This document shows positions 39,290 through 52,355 of a stretch of 64,000 nt of DNA, piece after piece; position 1 is the first letter of the stretch; each line of letters begins with the position of its first letter. The DNA is taken from the NCBI RefSeq assembly GCF_001194135.2, contig NC_068987.1, positions 1,019,351 to 1,083,350 on the forward strand, in the 5' to 3' direction. Below the pieces are notes generated by a model that did no database searches, was not told the origin of the DNA, and saw only the letters and a program-made list of their open reading frames with translations. A program made the position numbers and the translations under genes. This stretch comes from Octopus bimaculoides (Eukaryota).

Positions 39290-40028
39290 TGCACGCGCGT
39301 GTAGTAGAATGTTATAAGACTATATGAGAAATGAAGAAATTCAATTATATATACACACATACACACAACAGAAAATGCAGCCCCACCCCGCAAGAGGCAA
39401 CAAAGACAAATATAATACACGCATGGAAACACATATATATATAGTTTTCTATCTATCTATCTATCTATCTATCAGTTATAACTTACCATTATAAACTTAA
39501 ATGCACATACACGCTGCTTGTCTCACGCGCAAGCACACTTATGCATGAACTCCTTCTTCTTGTCACTGTATCTCTCCCCTTTTCTCTCTCTCTCTCTCTC
39601 TCTCCCTTTACCCCCCTCTCCCTTTACCCCCTCTCCCTGTCTCCCCCTTACACAAACACTTAATACAGGAAATATTATTTGCTGAAAGGGACAGTATTTA
39701 CGGCCAACGACACATACTTTATAAAACGAGTTCAAAATATGAAGATTGAGCGACTATGGTTATATAAAAGGGACTGTAAACTGTAATTACGTTGCGAAGA
39801 CTAGAATAAACCTCCTCTTCTATCATTCTCTCTGTGTATAAATGTTTGATTGTGACTTCGAAGTTTAGTCTGGGGTGAATTATTCTTCTTTCAATCGAGT
39901 TTCAGTTTGCAGTAGTCACGTATGCCAAAACTACGAATTTTCTTGCAACTCCCAAAGTAAGCACTAAATTGTACACAAAATAAACATCCAATATTCATAG
40001 CTTTCATATGATTCAAGATCGATAAAGC

Positions 40029-40067
<39 letters not shown>

Positions 40068-40245
40068 AACAGACACAGAGATAGATAAATAGATAGATCT
40101 CTTTTCTAAAATCTTTTCGTTCATGCATCCATTTACATTCTCTTCCTTCAATCGTACTTTTTTCTCATTACGAAATCTCTTCCCTTTCGTTTTTGGATTT
40201 GGTTTGCAAGATTCTTTATGCGAGTTCGTGTGTTGAAGCATATTC

Positions 40246-40396
40246 TGTTGTGTCTGGGGAGAATCATTCTCTTTTAGTGCCTTTATTGAAAAGGTTGCAA
40301 GACGCAACGAAAATTTTAGAAAAATAAAGAAGTGGAAATTTTACCGGTGAGTTAAATTATAAGGCACTAAAAGCGAATGACTCCCCAGACACAACA
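40246..40396. mobile_element. MITE-like inverted repeat (~40-bp arms)
   Basis: tgttgtgtctggggagaatcattctcttttagtgccttta is the inverse of taaggcactaaaagcgaatgactccccagacacaaca. Confidence 0.65.
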
Positions 40397-40977
40397 AAAT
40401 CTCTTTCCCTATTCTTCTTGACTTCATTCTTCATGCCCATCTCATTTCCCGTGAGAAGTTCAGTCAACCTGTTGGTCTGTCTGTTTGTCTGTTTGTCTGT
40501 CTGTCTGTCTCACTCTCTCTTTCTCTCTTTCTCTACCTCTGCCTCACTCCCGTTGTGTTCTTAAATACGTCAAACTAATTCAATTAAATTCAAACGCGCT
40601 TGTCTTGAGAGAAATGACAACTAAATCTCCCCCCCCCCCATCACACCCTGCCGTTTCAAGAAATGAAGACCGCTCGTGGCTATAGATTACTTTGGTTTAC
40701 CTCGCTTGTTTCGAAATTGTCTTTGCTCTTTTAGCCTCAGTTTGTTCGAAGAAATTGATGTGTAATGTCTAATGATATATTTCAGACCAAGAAACAGAAA
40801 ACCAAAGGATTCACAAGAGAAACACTGAATGCCAACTAACTATGCGGAGGCAACTTCTATATAGTGATCGATCAGTTAAAACCTGCGACCATTTCTTTTC
40901 CAAATCACGCAGCACCTTCTTGATATATGAAGGAGATATAGGACTGAATAGTTCTGGATATTTTGTTATAGAAAAAA

Positions 40978-41068
40978 AAATGGTCATGGTTAGAATGCCT
41001 TTAATCATAGGTTTGATCAATAAAGGCTGACTTGGGACTAAGCAACTATGGCAACAACAACAACAACC
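40978..41068 (+). repeat. short interspersed repeat (tggtcatgg-tagaatgcctttaatcatagg family) ending in (AAC)n
   Basis: Related strings occur at ~41290-41370, ~57835-57910 and, inverted, at ~42620-42660, ~47930-47990 and ~59460-59490. Confidence 0.5.
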
Positions 41069-41772
41069 ATACTTACCTGCCCCGTATCACCTTGTGTTCT
41101 CTTACAAAAACAGAAAGTTACTTTGGAAAATATTTCTGGTTGTGAGATTTAGTTGGTTCAGAGGAATCAGTAATGGTGATCTCGGAGAAAGGGAAGAAAC
41201 GAAGAATCGTTTCGACAGGGGGACTGTTTCTTCTCAAGACAATATAGAGCCAGGTAACATGCTTTGAACTTGTTGATGGATTAAGTTACTTTGGATCAAT
41301 GTGTTAGTCATGCTTGGAATGGCTTCGATGATAGATGCGATCACTCGACGACACCATGATTTAAACCAAATGAACAATAATAGGATAGATACCGCGAGTA
41401 ACAAAATGGTTGTTCCTGTAATTGAACACGAAGATTTACAGAGATAAACCGGATGTACTCTTGTCTCTAGCATTCTTGGTTCCCTTGGTGAATTAGATGT
41501 CGGCTCTACAGTCGTCTCCGCTATTCTTACTTCTCGTTGCTTGTTGAGAATCCGGTTCTATTCTCGTGTCCAGTATTTTGTTTCTCTCTGGTAGCAGAAT
41601 TCTGTAATAAGTGATAGAAATCTGTAAGAAATTATTTCTGGTATTGACTGCAAAATACATTTCATGAGAACGTCTTTAAAATGCCCCTTTAAATGTAAAC
41701 TCAACACAAAACACATACACTTACGAAAAGATCGATAAATATAGATAGATTGATTGTATGTACGAGTTTGTA

Positions 41773-41827
<55 letters not shown>

Positions 41828-43599
41828 NNNNNNNNNNNNNNNNNNNNNNNNNNNNNNNNNNNNNNNNNNNNNNNNNNNNNNNNNNNNNNNNNNNNNNNNN
41901 NNAGAGAGAGAGAGAGAGAGAGAGAGAGAAATTAGTGTTAATACCATATGGCATATCGGAGCGACAAAGGAAGATAACTCTGGAAAATCAAGCACGTTTG
42001 GTGACGTTGGAGATTCGATCAATCGAAATAGATCGAATGAGTACGTGACAATACTGAGATCAATATAATGGATTGGAAACCTTTGAAGCTTGAGCGTCGT
42101 CATGATGACAATCCAATGACTGATGTCAGTAAAAGAACGAAACAAAAAAAAAATCATTATTCTTTTCTTTCCCCTTTTCCCCTCCTCATACAGAAGAACC
42201 CTGATACGCAATATAAGAACGAACAACTTGTGTAGTTCCTTCACAATGGGGAGACAAGAATTATGTTTATTTTCTCTCCTTTTGATATCGAATCATCATT
42301 TTATTGCATCATTTATGTTTTATGTTCTTGCATTTTCGAATTCCAATCTGGTTATAGAATTGGTTGTGCTAAACTCAATGAAATTATTTGTCTATGATTC
42401 AGTCACATCGAAGAATTTAACTTGTCATTGTACCGCAAAGAATTGCGTTTCAATGTGTCAGCATATAATTACCTGACCGCTCCGTAAAATCAAGGAATTT
42501 GTACACGAGCGATATGATCATGATGGTTATATCGTCGTCGTCGTCGCCGTCGTCGTCGCCGTCGTCGTCGCCGTCGTCGTTGGTGGTGGTGGTGGTGGTG
42601 GTGTTTATCCTATATCAACACTAATCGAACAGGCCTATGATCAAACATTTTCCCATCCCTTTTAGGATTTTAGGATTATATTACTCAATACGACCTTCAT
42701 ATTTTAAAGACAATACGGTACTATTTGAGGGAGATTTTTCAGTTACTTCTAACTGATCAAGTGGCGACATACGAGCTAATTCCTTGACTTACTCGGTAAT
42801 TCTTTTAAAGATAGATAACCTGGACATTTAAGGTGTTGAGTATTTGATCCAAGGTCAATCCATGAGTTGAAACGGCAATGTTAGGCCAATGTGGTCCATG
42901 ACATACTAGAAATAGCAGCTAATAACATCCAATCCAACTCTCATCGAATATTTTAACTTCATAATTGAAATAGTAGTTTTTAGATGGAACTGCGTTAAAA
43001 ATAAACCGAGTGGCCATGAATAGAACGTCTTGATCATGAGTCACTCGAACATGATGACAAATGGACAAAACTAAGAACGGCACCAAAAGTCGGACAGGCG
43101 TAGGTTGTTTTGATTTGTCATCAGCAAATATCCGTTGACAATGATTAAATCTGAAGTTTACGAAAGATTCATTCTGCTCCGTAATTAAGGCATTCGACAT
43201 TCCATGAATTGTTTGGCAGAAAGCAGTATCAGTATATTTTGAACATCAGTTATTATGAATAATTCCGTTAAAAGACCCTATTCCGGAAGTTAACGGATGG
43301 ATGAAATGTAAAAATATACGTAGTTCAACGCTCAGATGAAAGCGTACTGACGTGGAGAAATAATTAAGAGATTCCAGTTACTGCAGGACATTCTCTCTCC
43401 ACGTGGGGCAACGTATCAATGAAGGGCTCGTTTTCAAAATGTACTGACACAGAAGTATTTAATTAATCTTGATAGGAACTTCTACAATACTTTCAAAAAA
43501 TATGTTACAAAAAATTAGCAAGTATCACTCTTTATTTCTAGTCAGTATTGTAGATCAGTGGCTCATTTAAAGCGTCTCCAGGAACCGTCTCTTCTAAGA

Positions 43600-43850
43600 C
43601 AATACTATGAGCAGCGAGGAAATGGAACTTGTTATTTGCCTAGTTTATGCTATAGGGAGCTGAGAAGGTCAGTTCGAATGTGGGACTCAAGGCAGGAGTA
43701 GACAGACTTTTCATTAAGACATCCATGTCATGACACACATATACTTCATCGTACGACTCCTGACGTTGCAGTTGATTGCATCCTGTGCTGTTTTGAGTTC
43801 AAATAAATTCATTCCATTTCCGAGCAAAATGTGCTTAATAATAATAATAG
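43600..43850 (+). mobile_element. possible CR1/L2-like LINE 3' end with (AAT)n tail
   Basis: Weak similarity (KAGVDRLF...TPD, like FKxxLDxFL..VPD) ending directly in (AAT)n. Confidence 0.25.
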
Positions 43851-43866
43851 CAATAATAATAATAGC

Positions 43867-43916
<50 letters not shown>

Positions 43917-44085
43917 TAACAATAATAAAAGAGTAATATTTTAGAAGAAAATTAATATTGAAAATCATTCATTCATTAAACTCTTTTGGAAATTTCATTT
44001 AAGTCAATAGATGAACGGTAGCAGTAGTGAGGCTACAACTAATTGACAGTAATTCTCAATACTAGTTCGATTCTTCAATAGCAAT

Positions 44086-44100
44086 TTATATTATTATTAA

Positions 44101-44157
<57 letters not shown>

Positions 44158-44860
44158 CATTATTATTGTTGTTGTTGTTGTTGTTGTTGTTAGCATTGAT
44201 ATTGTTGAACTGTTTCCTGCTGCGATTCTTCTTATTGTTGTTGTAATTTCTGTTCTCCAAGTTCACGTTGTTCGTCGTAACTGTTGCCGTTGTGGTTCGT
44301 TCTCGCTCTTATTGTTGTTTTTGTTGTTGTTGTAGTTGTTGACGTTAATGCCGCTGTTGCATTTGTTGCTGTCAGCGTTGAAGTAGTAGAAGTAGTTGGC
44401 GTTGTTGTTGCTGTTGCTGTTGTTTTTGTACCGCTTCCTGATTAACAATATTTTTTTAAAAGAATTTATTGTTGTTTTCGGGTATTATTAAAAGAATATT
44501 CGTTTCCCATCAAAGACTGTTTCTTCCCTTCGTCTTAATTATTTCTAATTTATTACTACTACTACTACTGCTGCTACTACTGCTGCTGCTACTGCTGCTG
44601 CTACTACTACTACTATAATTATTGTTTTTATTTTTATTGTCAACGCTTGTTTAATAATGAAAGCAATATTATTATTATTATTATTAGTAGTAGTAGTAGT
44701 ATTATTATTGTTGTTGTTGTTGTTGTTGGTCTTCTTCTTCTTCTTCTTCGTCTTCTTCATCTTGTTGTTGTTGTTGTTGTTGTTACTGTCGTTGCTGTTG
44801 TTCTTGATATTGTTGTTCTTGTTGCTGTCGTAGTTACTTTGTTGTTGTTGATCATATTAT
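44086..44860. repeat. mosaic trinucleotide microsatellite field (ATT/GTT/ACT/GCT/CTT)
   Basis: Directly visible. Confidence 0.9.
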
Positions 44861-45504
44861 CCTGCCTTCAACTATGTATCATACAGCATCATCGAGTTTT
44901 ATTTTCAATCTTCTTTTTAATATGAAATTACAATTAGGCGCTAAAGACCGTCATTAAGGAAATTATAAAATGTCTTTTATCTCTCATTGGCTTCTTTTAA
45001 ATAAAAACTAAACAACAATATAAAAAGAAACCCATTCGTTTCTGTAACAAACTAATTTCTTTTGAAAAGCAAGGTTCATTTAAAATGGAATGTTATTATG
45101 AAAATGGTCAGATATTCAAAAATGTCAATAGAGCTATAATTCAAAACGAGACAGTGATTATTAATTTATTTTTTGTAAATGTTACAAGAATATAAATCCA
45201 TATTCGAAATAGGTTCCATTTTCTCTTAACCAAGAGATGAAGTTGCTCTATGGATGTATTGTATATAAAAGTTTGTGGCCGAGATTTTAGAAGAAAAGCA
45301 TACATACATACATACATACATACATACATACATACTTACGTGAATCGTCCGTAAAATGTTGCTTAAAGTTTCATGTTTCCGTTTAATGTAATTGTGTTCA
45401 CGAAATGGAACAACAACACTTCATGTAACATTGTGTGAGTAACTTAGCTTCAAGTAATACACACACAGATACAGACATATGTGTGTGAGTGTGTATGTAA
45501 CCAT

Positions 45505-45845
45505 GTTCTCTGTCTCTTCACCTCTTTCTCTTTCCCTCCTGGCTCCTCTAAACTTCTCTTCACTCTTGTTATCAAGAGTCTATATACGGTGATCTCACAC
45601 AACGAAGGACTTTCTGCACTCAAACACTTCCTAGACCTTCAGCCCAACCCCCAACCTGACACCTCCACACTTCTTCGTCTGACCGAACTTTTTCTTTCCC
45701 TCAACTGCTTTTCGTTTGCTGGAGATTTTTACCAACTGTTCTCGGGATTGGTGATGAGCCCCAAGTATGCGAGCCTGTTCGTTGGCTACTTTTAAGCCCA
45801 AATATTCCCACGATTCACTGGTCTCACTCCACAACTATACGGTTG
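45505..45845 (+). mobile_element. Penelope-like element reverse transcriptase fragment
   Basis: LLFTLVIKSLYTVISHNEGLSALKHFLD...TLLRLTELFLSLNCFSFAGDFYQ...PKYASLFVGYF matches PLE RT (DIxSLYTxIPH; LxLNxFxF; QxxGxAMG...PxYANLF). The catalytic D is changed and part of the GxAMG motif is deleted. Confidence 0.85.
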
Positions 45846-48299
45846 TTAACAGACTCAACACTATGTATTGAAAGCGAATACGTATTTTTACTGTGTAATA
45901 GTTGTGGATAAATACTGGACCATAGATTTAAGTCTCATGGCTGTTGCGTATTCTATGGGTGTAGTAATGTCTGTGTAGTTAACAAGTGTATTTAAGTAAA
46001 ATGCCATAAGGCAGAGCAACCGTTGCTGTCGTTGAGGGATAGACTTCATTCGGGATCCACTCCGTCGTAACTCCGAGTGCTTTATTGGAGAGTACATCGT
46101 TGTAAACATTTGCAGCAGACTGTCCGTCGAATTCCTGCTCAAGTTGAATGTAAAATGTAAGACGTTAAAAGTGTTTATAGTTATGCTCATAGATATTTTA
46201 TGTCTAGAATTGACTTCAAACATACTCATATCTATAAAGTTGAGAGAGTTGTCTCTGATGTGTTGTGATAGCTGTAACATTTAATCTCAATACAGACTTA
46301 CATCTATAATTATAAACATATTTTTTACAATATTAAAGCTATACTGGTCGTTATAATCTCAGGTCACTGCGTTATCAAAAGATCCTATATTATCGTGAAA
46401 CGATCCGATAAAACCCGTATATTTTTAAAACGGGTTTTATCGACAAGTAAAGATTTTCGAGTATTAAAGACATATCTCTGTGAAGTTGCTATTGAAGATG
46501 TTGTGTGACTTATTGCTTAGTGTTTTGTCGAACAATGATAAAAATCAACAATGTCAAATTGACTTCATATACCAATATTTTAATTACTAATTTATCAAAC
46601 CAGTTAATTGCGGTTTTGCTATTATTTCATTGACGTATCTTGCTAACGTGCCTAATTCTGTCAATTACTATTTTTTAAATATGTTTACTAATGAGTCTGA
46701 TCGCGGTCTTTATGTGTTTCATTAATCTACATTTTAGATTAATAAAGGCGACCTGATTGGAGATGAGGCTGATACATATCCTGTTTATCTAAATATTCTA
46801 ATCCTTTGTACCTCGTTGTTGATATCATTAGTCGGATTTCCTTTACATTTCGGCAACAGTGTTGTAAGAAGCGTAGTGTAAATCTCGTCATATAATCCAC
46901 AAACATATTTCGGTTTATCTGATACCGAGAAGGTTTAAACAGGATTAACAAATGTTTTTGATATTAAACTATAGTTTCCATTATGAATCTTTATTGTACT
47001 GTTAAAGCCATTTAACGTTTGATTAATGTGTATACTGGACTCCATTATCTACCAGTACGTCCTTTCGCAACACTGTATGCTGTGGTTTACAGTGTATGTA
47101 TGGCTACTCGTTTAGCAGGAAGTGCGACTACATAGAGTTCTCACTTTGCCTATGCTGTCGCTGTTGTTGTTGTTGTTGGTCGGCGCTCTTTGCGGTGTAA
47201 ATAAACTCCAGGAACAATGGAAGCTGGTTAATTTCCCTGGCAACTCTATTGCATGTCTGTGATTTCCTGTCATTTGTTAATGGTAAATTGTGCTGTCTCA
47301 TACACTTTACAGAATGCTTCCTTGCAACAAATTCCTGACGATAGACGGAAAATGTTCGTACCGAATTATTCTTACAAGAAACAAACACACAAAATACTAC
47401 TACTACTGCTGCTGCTGCTGCTTCTGCTGCCGCTGCTGCTGCTGCTGCTGCTACAGTTTATGATGTTTCAGCATCGGTATAAAATTTACTAATACGATAA
47501 TGAGACTAGCAGTAATGATAATAATAGAAATGACATCAACAACAAAAGAAATATTAACCAAAACTCAAACGTGAACATTGATATATTAATAACGACATCA
47601 ATAGAAAAGAAGCAAAACAACAAAATGAATATATTAAAACTAATTACAATGAAATATGAAATAACAATTATGATGACGATGGTGATGGTGATGATAATCA
47701 TGATGACAATCCTTTCTACTATAGGCACAAGGCCTGATATTCTGAGGAGGGGGATTGTCGATAAGGATATTGGGTTGCATGGTCGGGTGGTCAGCGACTA
47801 AACCTGCTTTCCCGCCTGCCTTGGCGGGTGAAGAGTATGTTGTCGACTACACAGTTGGACACCGTCCGTGAGAAAAACAGCACCATGACGCAATTCACTC
47901 TGCCAGTGTCACTCGTAATTGTTCAACTTCAGACTAGATCTGGTCAAGTAGACTTGTAATCAAACGACTTCCACCCGTGGCCTTTCTCATGACCCCTGAC
48001 TAAGGCAAGATTTCAGGATTTAGGGGCCGCAATTTCTGTCAGGTTCGTATCGTATAGAGGTTATAATGCTATCTCCCTAAGGCAAGTTTGAGGCAATCCA
48101 TGATACTGACGTTGATAAAGAAAAAGGAGGGTGTTAAGTCCCCTTATCCTTGATAGTTTTCAACAGAAATCATCTATAAGGGATATATAAACACGGGAGT
48201 CTACAATCGTCACTCGACATGCTAGAAATAACAGCTCTACTCATTGAACAACTTTACTGTCTAAAAAGCATTTGACGGGGTTTTGGTATTTTGGTCCAA

Positions 48300-48800
48300 A
48301 TGCGTTAGCAGCTGGTGAGATTGATTCAAAGGACAGAAAACTTTGGTGAAGATACATTGACGATAAATGTAAAGCAAAATGTGAAGAAAAATCCTTATTT
48401 CGTTTTTGTTTTTTCCATGGGAAATGAATAAAAAAGATAGCGGTAAAATGGTGCAGAAGACTTCTGGACACCGTTTAGTTACCAAAGTGTATTACAAGTT
48501 GTCAAGGAACCATCCTGTTCATTCAATAAATGTAGAGCTGCATGTCTGGCAGGAATAATATCTGTTTCACAATAATAGTTAGAACTTTAAATACTAAGAA
48601 TTATAACCATCTGATTTGGAATTAGAGTGAATCCTCACAAACAGGGGCACATTTCAACTTTATTCCGAGGAATTAATTGTTCAGTAGGACGACACCTTAT
48701 GTCACACAGTGAAATCCAGAATGGAATTAATGAAAGAACATAAAATACGAGTTCTACAAACATTCACCATCTTAACTCGATAAAAAGTTTATGGTCAAGA
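48300..48800 (+). mobile_element. decayed PLE-type RT fragment
   Basis: KLW*RYIDDK near 48345-48375 resembles the W-W-RYIDD catalytic motif of PLE RTs; the remainder is heavily degraded. Confidence 0.4.
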
Positions 48801-49378
48801 TTCACAAGAATGGCACTGGTTTGTAAATCGAGTAAAAGAACTCAATTAATTGAAGAAATCATGAAGGCTCCAAGAAAATCATGAATCCTGAAGTGTTGAA
48901 GAAGCTTATCACTTGCGTGTCATGAAGAATTGTTGAGATAATCAAAGCAAAAGGTTATCCTACTAACTACTAATATAAACGGCCATTCTATTGTAAACTA
49001 AATAAAATGGTTTTGCTTTGTAAAGTGTTTGATATATTTGTGGTTTAGACTGACATAGATGTGATTTAGTGTGCTTAAAACTGCAAGCTGTGATATTTAG
49101 TTGAAGAACAATATCAATTTTAATACAAGATAGGTTAGGGAATAATAAAATATCTTCTGAAGATGACTACAAAAATAATTATGAGCAGAAAGATGCATAA
49201 AGCAAACAGACATCGACTATGGGAAGAATTTTGTGCAGAATTCTGGCCGTTTGCGTACAAACACGCGCATATATATATATGTACGTACATGCGTAGGTAC
49301 ATATATATATATATAGTACTTGGGGATGTATGTAAAGAGAGAGATTGACAGACAGACAGATAGATAGATATATAAGCA

Positions 49379-49419
<41 letters not shown>

Positions 49420-50304
49420 TTCTCTCTCTCCTTCTTACTGTCCCTCTCTCCCTCACCTGCCCTCTTCGTGTGTGTGTGTGTGTGTGTGTGTGTGCATGAA
49501 TATATATATATATAGAAGTAAGTGTCTGTGCGTAAGTGTGGTTATTACGAAGTGGAATGATATGAAGAAAAATTTCATTATTATGTAAATATGAACACAT
49601 TGAAAATCAAACTACCTAATTGATGAAAGATAAATTGGTAGATAGCTACAAAGGTAGATAGAGCCATTTACCTATATACCCAGATAGAGATAGACTGTAA
49701 AGAAGCTCTCTCTTTCTCTCTCAGTATCTCTCACCCACAATATATATATATACATATATATATATATAATACATCCCTCTCCTCTCACTTTGTTTTCTTT
49801 CTCTCTATTTATATTTCCTTATGTATCCGTTTCTCTATATTCTCCCCACATCATATATATAATAAATGCTTGGAGGGAGAGCGGTAGAGAGAGTGAGAGA
49901 AAAAGAGAAGCAAGTGTAGTGAGAGTGTGAAGTAAAGAGACAAAGTGTTAGATTTACAGGGCAGGAAGAGATGGTAGAAAAAATAGCAAGATAAGAAAAT
50001 TGCTGCTATCTTTAGAAGCAATAGCAGCAATAATATTTTGACCGTAATGGCTGAAAACAGACGACAAAATGGTGTTATTTTATCAGTCATTAAACAAATT
50101 TAGTTTAAAGAAACAAAAATAGACGACATCTTAGTTTAAAACTCTTAATGGATTCAGATTATTTCTTCTGATAAAATACAATTGGTTTTTAAAGGAAATT
50201 TAGTTGTATCCATCTGGCCGTGAAACACGGTCTGTTTTATCATGAGCACATGCGGTTCTTAATTACCGTTGAATCTATCGGTGACGCAAGATCGAGTCAT
50301 AATA

Positions 50305-50535
50305 AAGGCAGCGAGTTAGCAGAACCGTTAGCACGCCGGGCGAAATGTTTAGCGGTATTTCGTCTGTCTTTACGTTCTGAGTTCAAATTCCACCGAGGTC
50401 GACTTTGTCCTAACCCTAACGTTAACCTTTCATCCTTTCGGGGATGATAAATTGAGTACCAGTTGCGTACTGGGGTCGATGTGATCAACGGGACCCCTCC
50501 CCCCAAATTTCGGGCATTAGTGCCTAGAGTAGTAA
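50305..50535 (+). mobile_element. SINE family B, full length, with an 18-bp internal insertion
   Basis: aaggcagcgagttagcagaaccgttagcacgccgggcgaaatg...gagttcaaattccaccgaggtcgactttg[tcctaaccctaacgttaa]cctttcatcctttcggg...tactggggtcgatg. Confidence 0.85.
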
Positions 50536-50620
50536 AAAAAAAAAAAAAAAAGAAAGAATCAAGTCATAATAGGAACGCCTGCACTTAAATTTCAGTTGGC
50601 GGAACATATTCTTACTAAAA

Positions 50621-50656
<36 letters not shown>

Positions 50657-51639
50657 AATATTTTTATGTCTACGTATTTGTCTTGCAAGTCTCTCGATGT
50701 GGAATCGTGTGTTGAAACAGATATTGTTATACTTGGGAAAATATGACCAGCTTGAATATTCTTCAACCTTCTAATGACATGAGGGTGGCTGACATGTAAC
50801 ACGTTTTGATATCACAAAATCAAAGGGTAGACTCGTTATAACGCTGGACAAAATGCTTAGCGGTATATCGTCCGTCTTTACTTTGCGATTTAAAAAATAA
50901 TACTCGTTCGCTTCTTTATTTCTCTCGCTCTTATTTTTTATTTACCCATCATGCTATCAACTTTTACATGTTTCTCTTCGAAGAAAAACAAATAACAAAA
51001 ACCTAGAATTTCCCACACCTCACATAGAAAAAATCAGTTCATTACAATGTAATTTTTTCAAAATCTTTTATAAACCAATTAACTTTTGGTAACCAGTTTC
51101 CGTTTGCTGTAGATCTTACTTTAAAATGGTGTTCGTTCGCATTATTTTAGGTAAAGGTTTCAGAGGACCATCTTTTTACGTATTACAAATTCTTTGGTTG
51201 GGTATTGCTACTATTTGGTATATTATCTCTGTTTGGAGTCACAATGGAAAATGTGCCTTACATTATAAGACATTGTTACACTCACAGTTTCTTTTGCAGC
51301 AAATGCAGCTTCCGCGTGAATTTTAATGACAATTGGAAAAATACAGAAGTCATAGGAAAGATATCTGATGATGGAGAATGTGTTATTGTGAAAAGATGAG
51401 AAGACGAAAAAGAAAACAAGATCAATAATTAATTAACTTTATTTCTTTTTCTAAGAAGTTCGGTGGAAAATAATTAGCAACCACCATGTTCTATTAAATG
51501 ACGGAATGGGAGATGTTGAAAACTATTTCGTTTTCCTTATTCATCCGCGATTGTTTCTTCTCGAGCTTTCCTTATTCTCATATCATTTCTTCATTGTAAC
51601 ACCACCACCAACAAAAAAAAAAAAAACATCAACAACGTT

Positions 51640-52035
51640 TGCTACAATAAACTGTTGTGCAGTCGCAGTGGCTCGTTATGGCGCGCGAGTTCTGCAGTGG
51701 ACAGAGGATGAGCTGAAGAAGTTGGACAGGAAGGCAAGAAAGCTGCAAACAGTGCATGGAGCTCATCATCCACGTGCAAACACTGACCGATTATACATGA
51801 AGGAAGTCTAGAAGGAAGTGTGAAAATAGACATATACAATTCTCTTCAGTACGAAATAACCCGGCAATAGAAAATAAAGAATCTGAAGATAGTGCCGATT
51901 ATTGTTGGGTCCCTGGGGACTGTATCAGAAAGCATCAAGAAGAATGTAAAGGAAATCGGAATAGAGTCCCCAGTAGAACTGTTGCAAAAGTTCTGCCTCC
52001 TTGGAACGGCCAGAATAATCAGGAAAGTACTTATT
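51640..52035 (+). mobile_element. R4/Dong-clade LINE with large internal deletion (RT C-terminus fused to REL C-terminus)
   Basis: AVARYGARVLQWTEDELKKLDRKARKL.TVHGAHHPRANTDRLYM is followed almost immediately by KIVPIIVGSLG...LLQKFCLLGTARIIRKVL. Confidence 0.85.
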
Positions 52036-52307
52036 GCAAAGAACAGAGAACGTGGTACAGTATGCTGCAGGTGTATATATCTATATATATATACATATAT
52101 ATTGAAAATCCACGTGGGGAATTGTAGTGAAATATATAAAAGATAGTGCACAGAAACTAATGCTGTACAATGTGTGTATATATATATGAAATATAACCTT
52201 TACGTAGTCGCCCGGCTTCGCTTGTGCTAATTATGACTAACAAGTCAGTGATAATGTCATAATCAGAAACTGTGAAGTTTTCATTTCCTGTTAGTAGAAA
52301 GAACGAT

Positions 52308-52355
<48 letters not shown>

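Noticed and set aside
41069-41079. ATACTTACCTG, identical to the 5' end of U1 snRNA
   Set aside because: Similarity stops after 11 nt, with no stem-loop I or Sm site. It is better explained as the antisense of a consensus splice donor.
45888-46280. 130-aa minus-strand ORF
   Set aside because: No recognisable domain. It lies in AT-rich decayed sequence beside a PLE RT fragment and is probably a chance or transposon-derived frame.
46705-46755. 9-bp hairpin followed by GAAAC on the minus strand
   Set aside because: The CUGAnGA strand is absent.
47780-47900. GC-rich segment with a CCCGCC/GGCGGG hairpin, considered as an HDV-like ribozyme or LINE 5' UTR
   Set aside because: I could not build the nested double pseudoknot (P1, P1.1, P3, J4/2) by eye, and no linked ORF follows.
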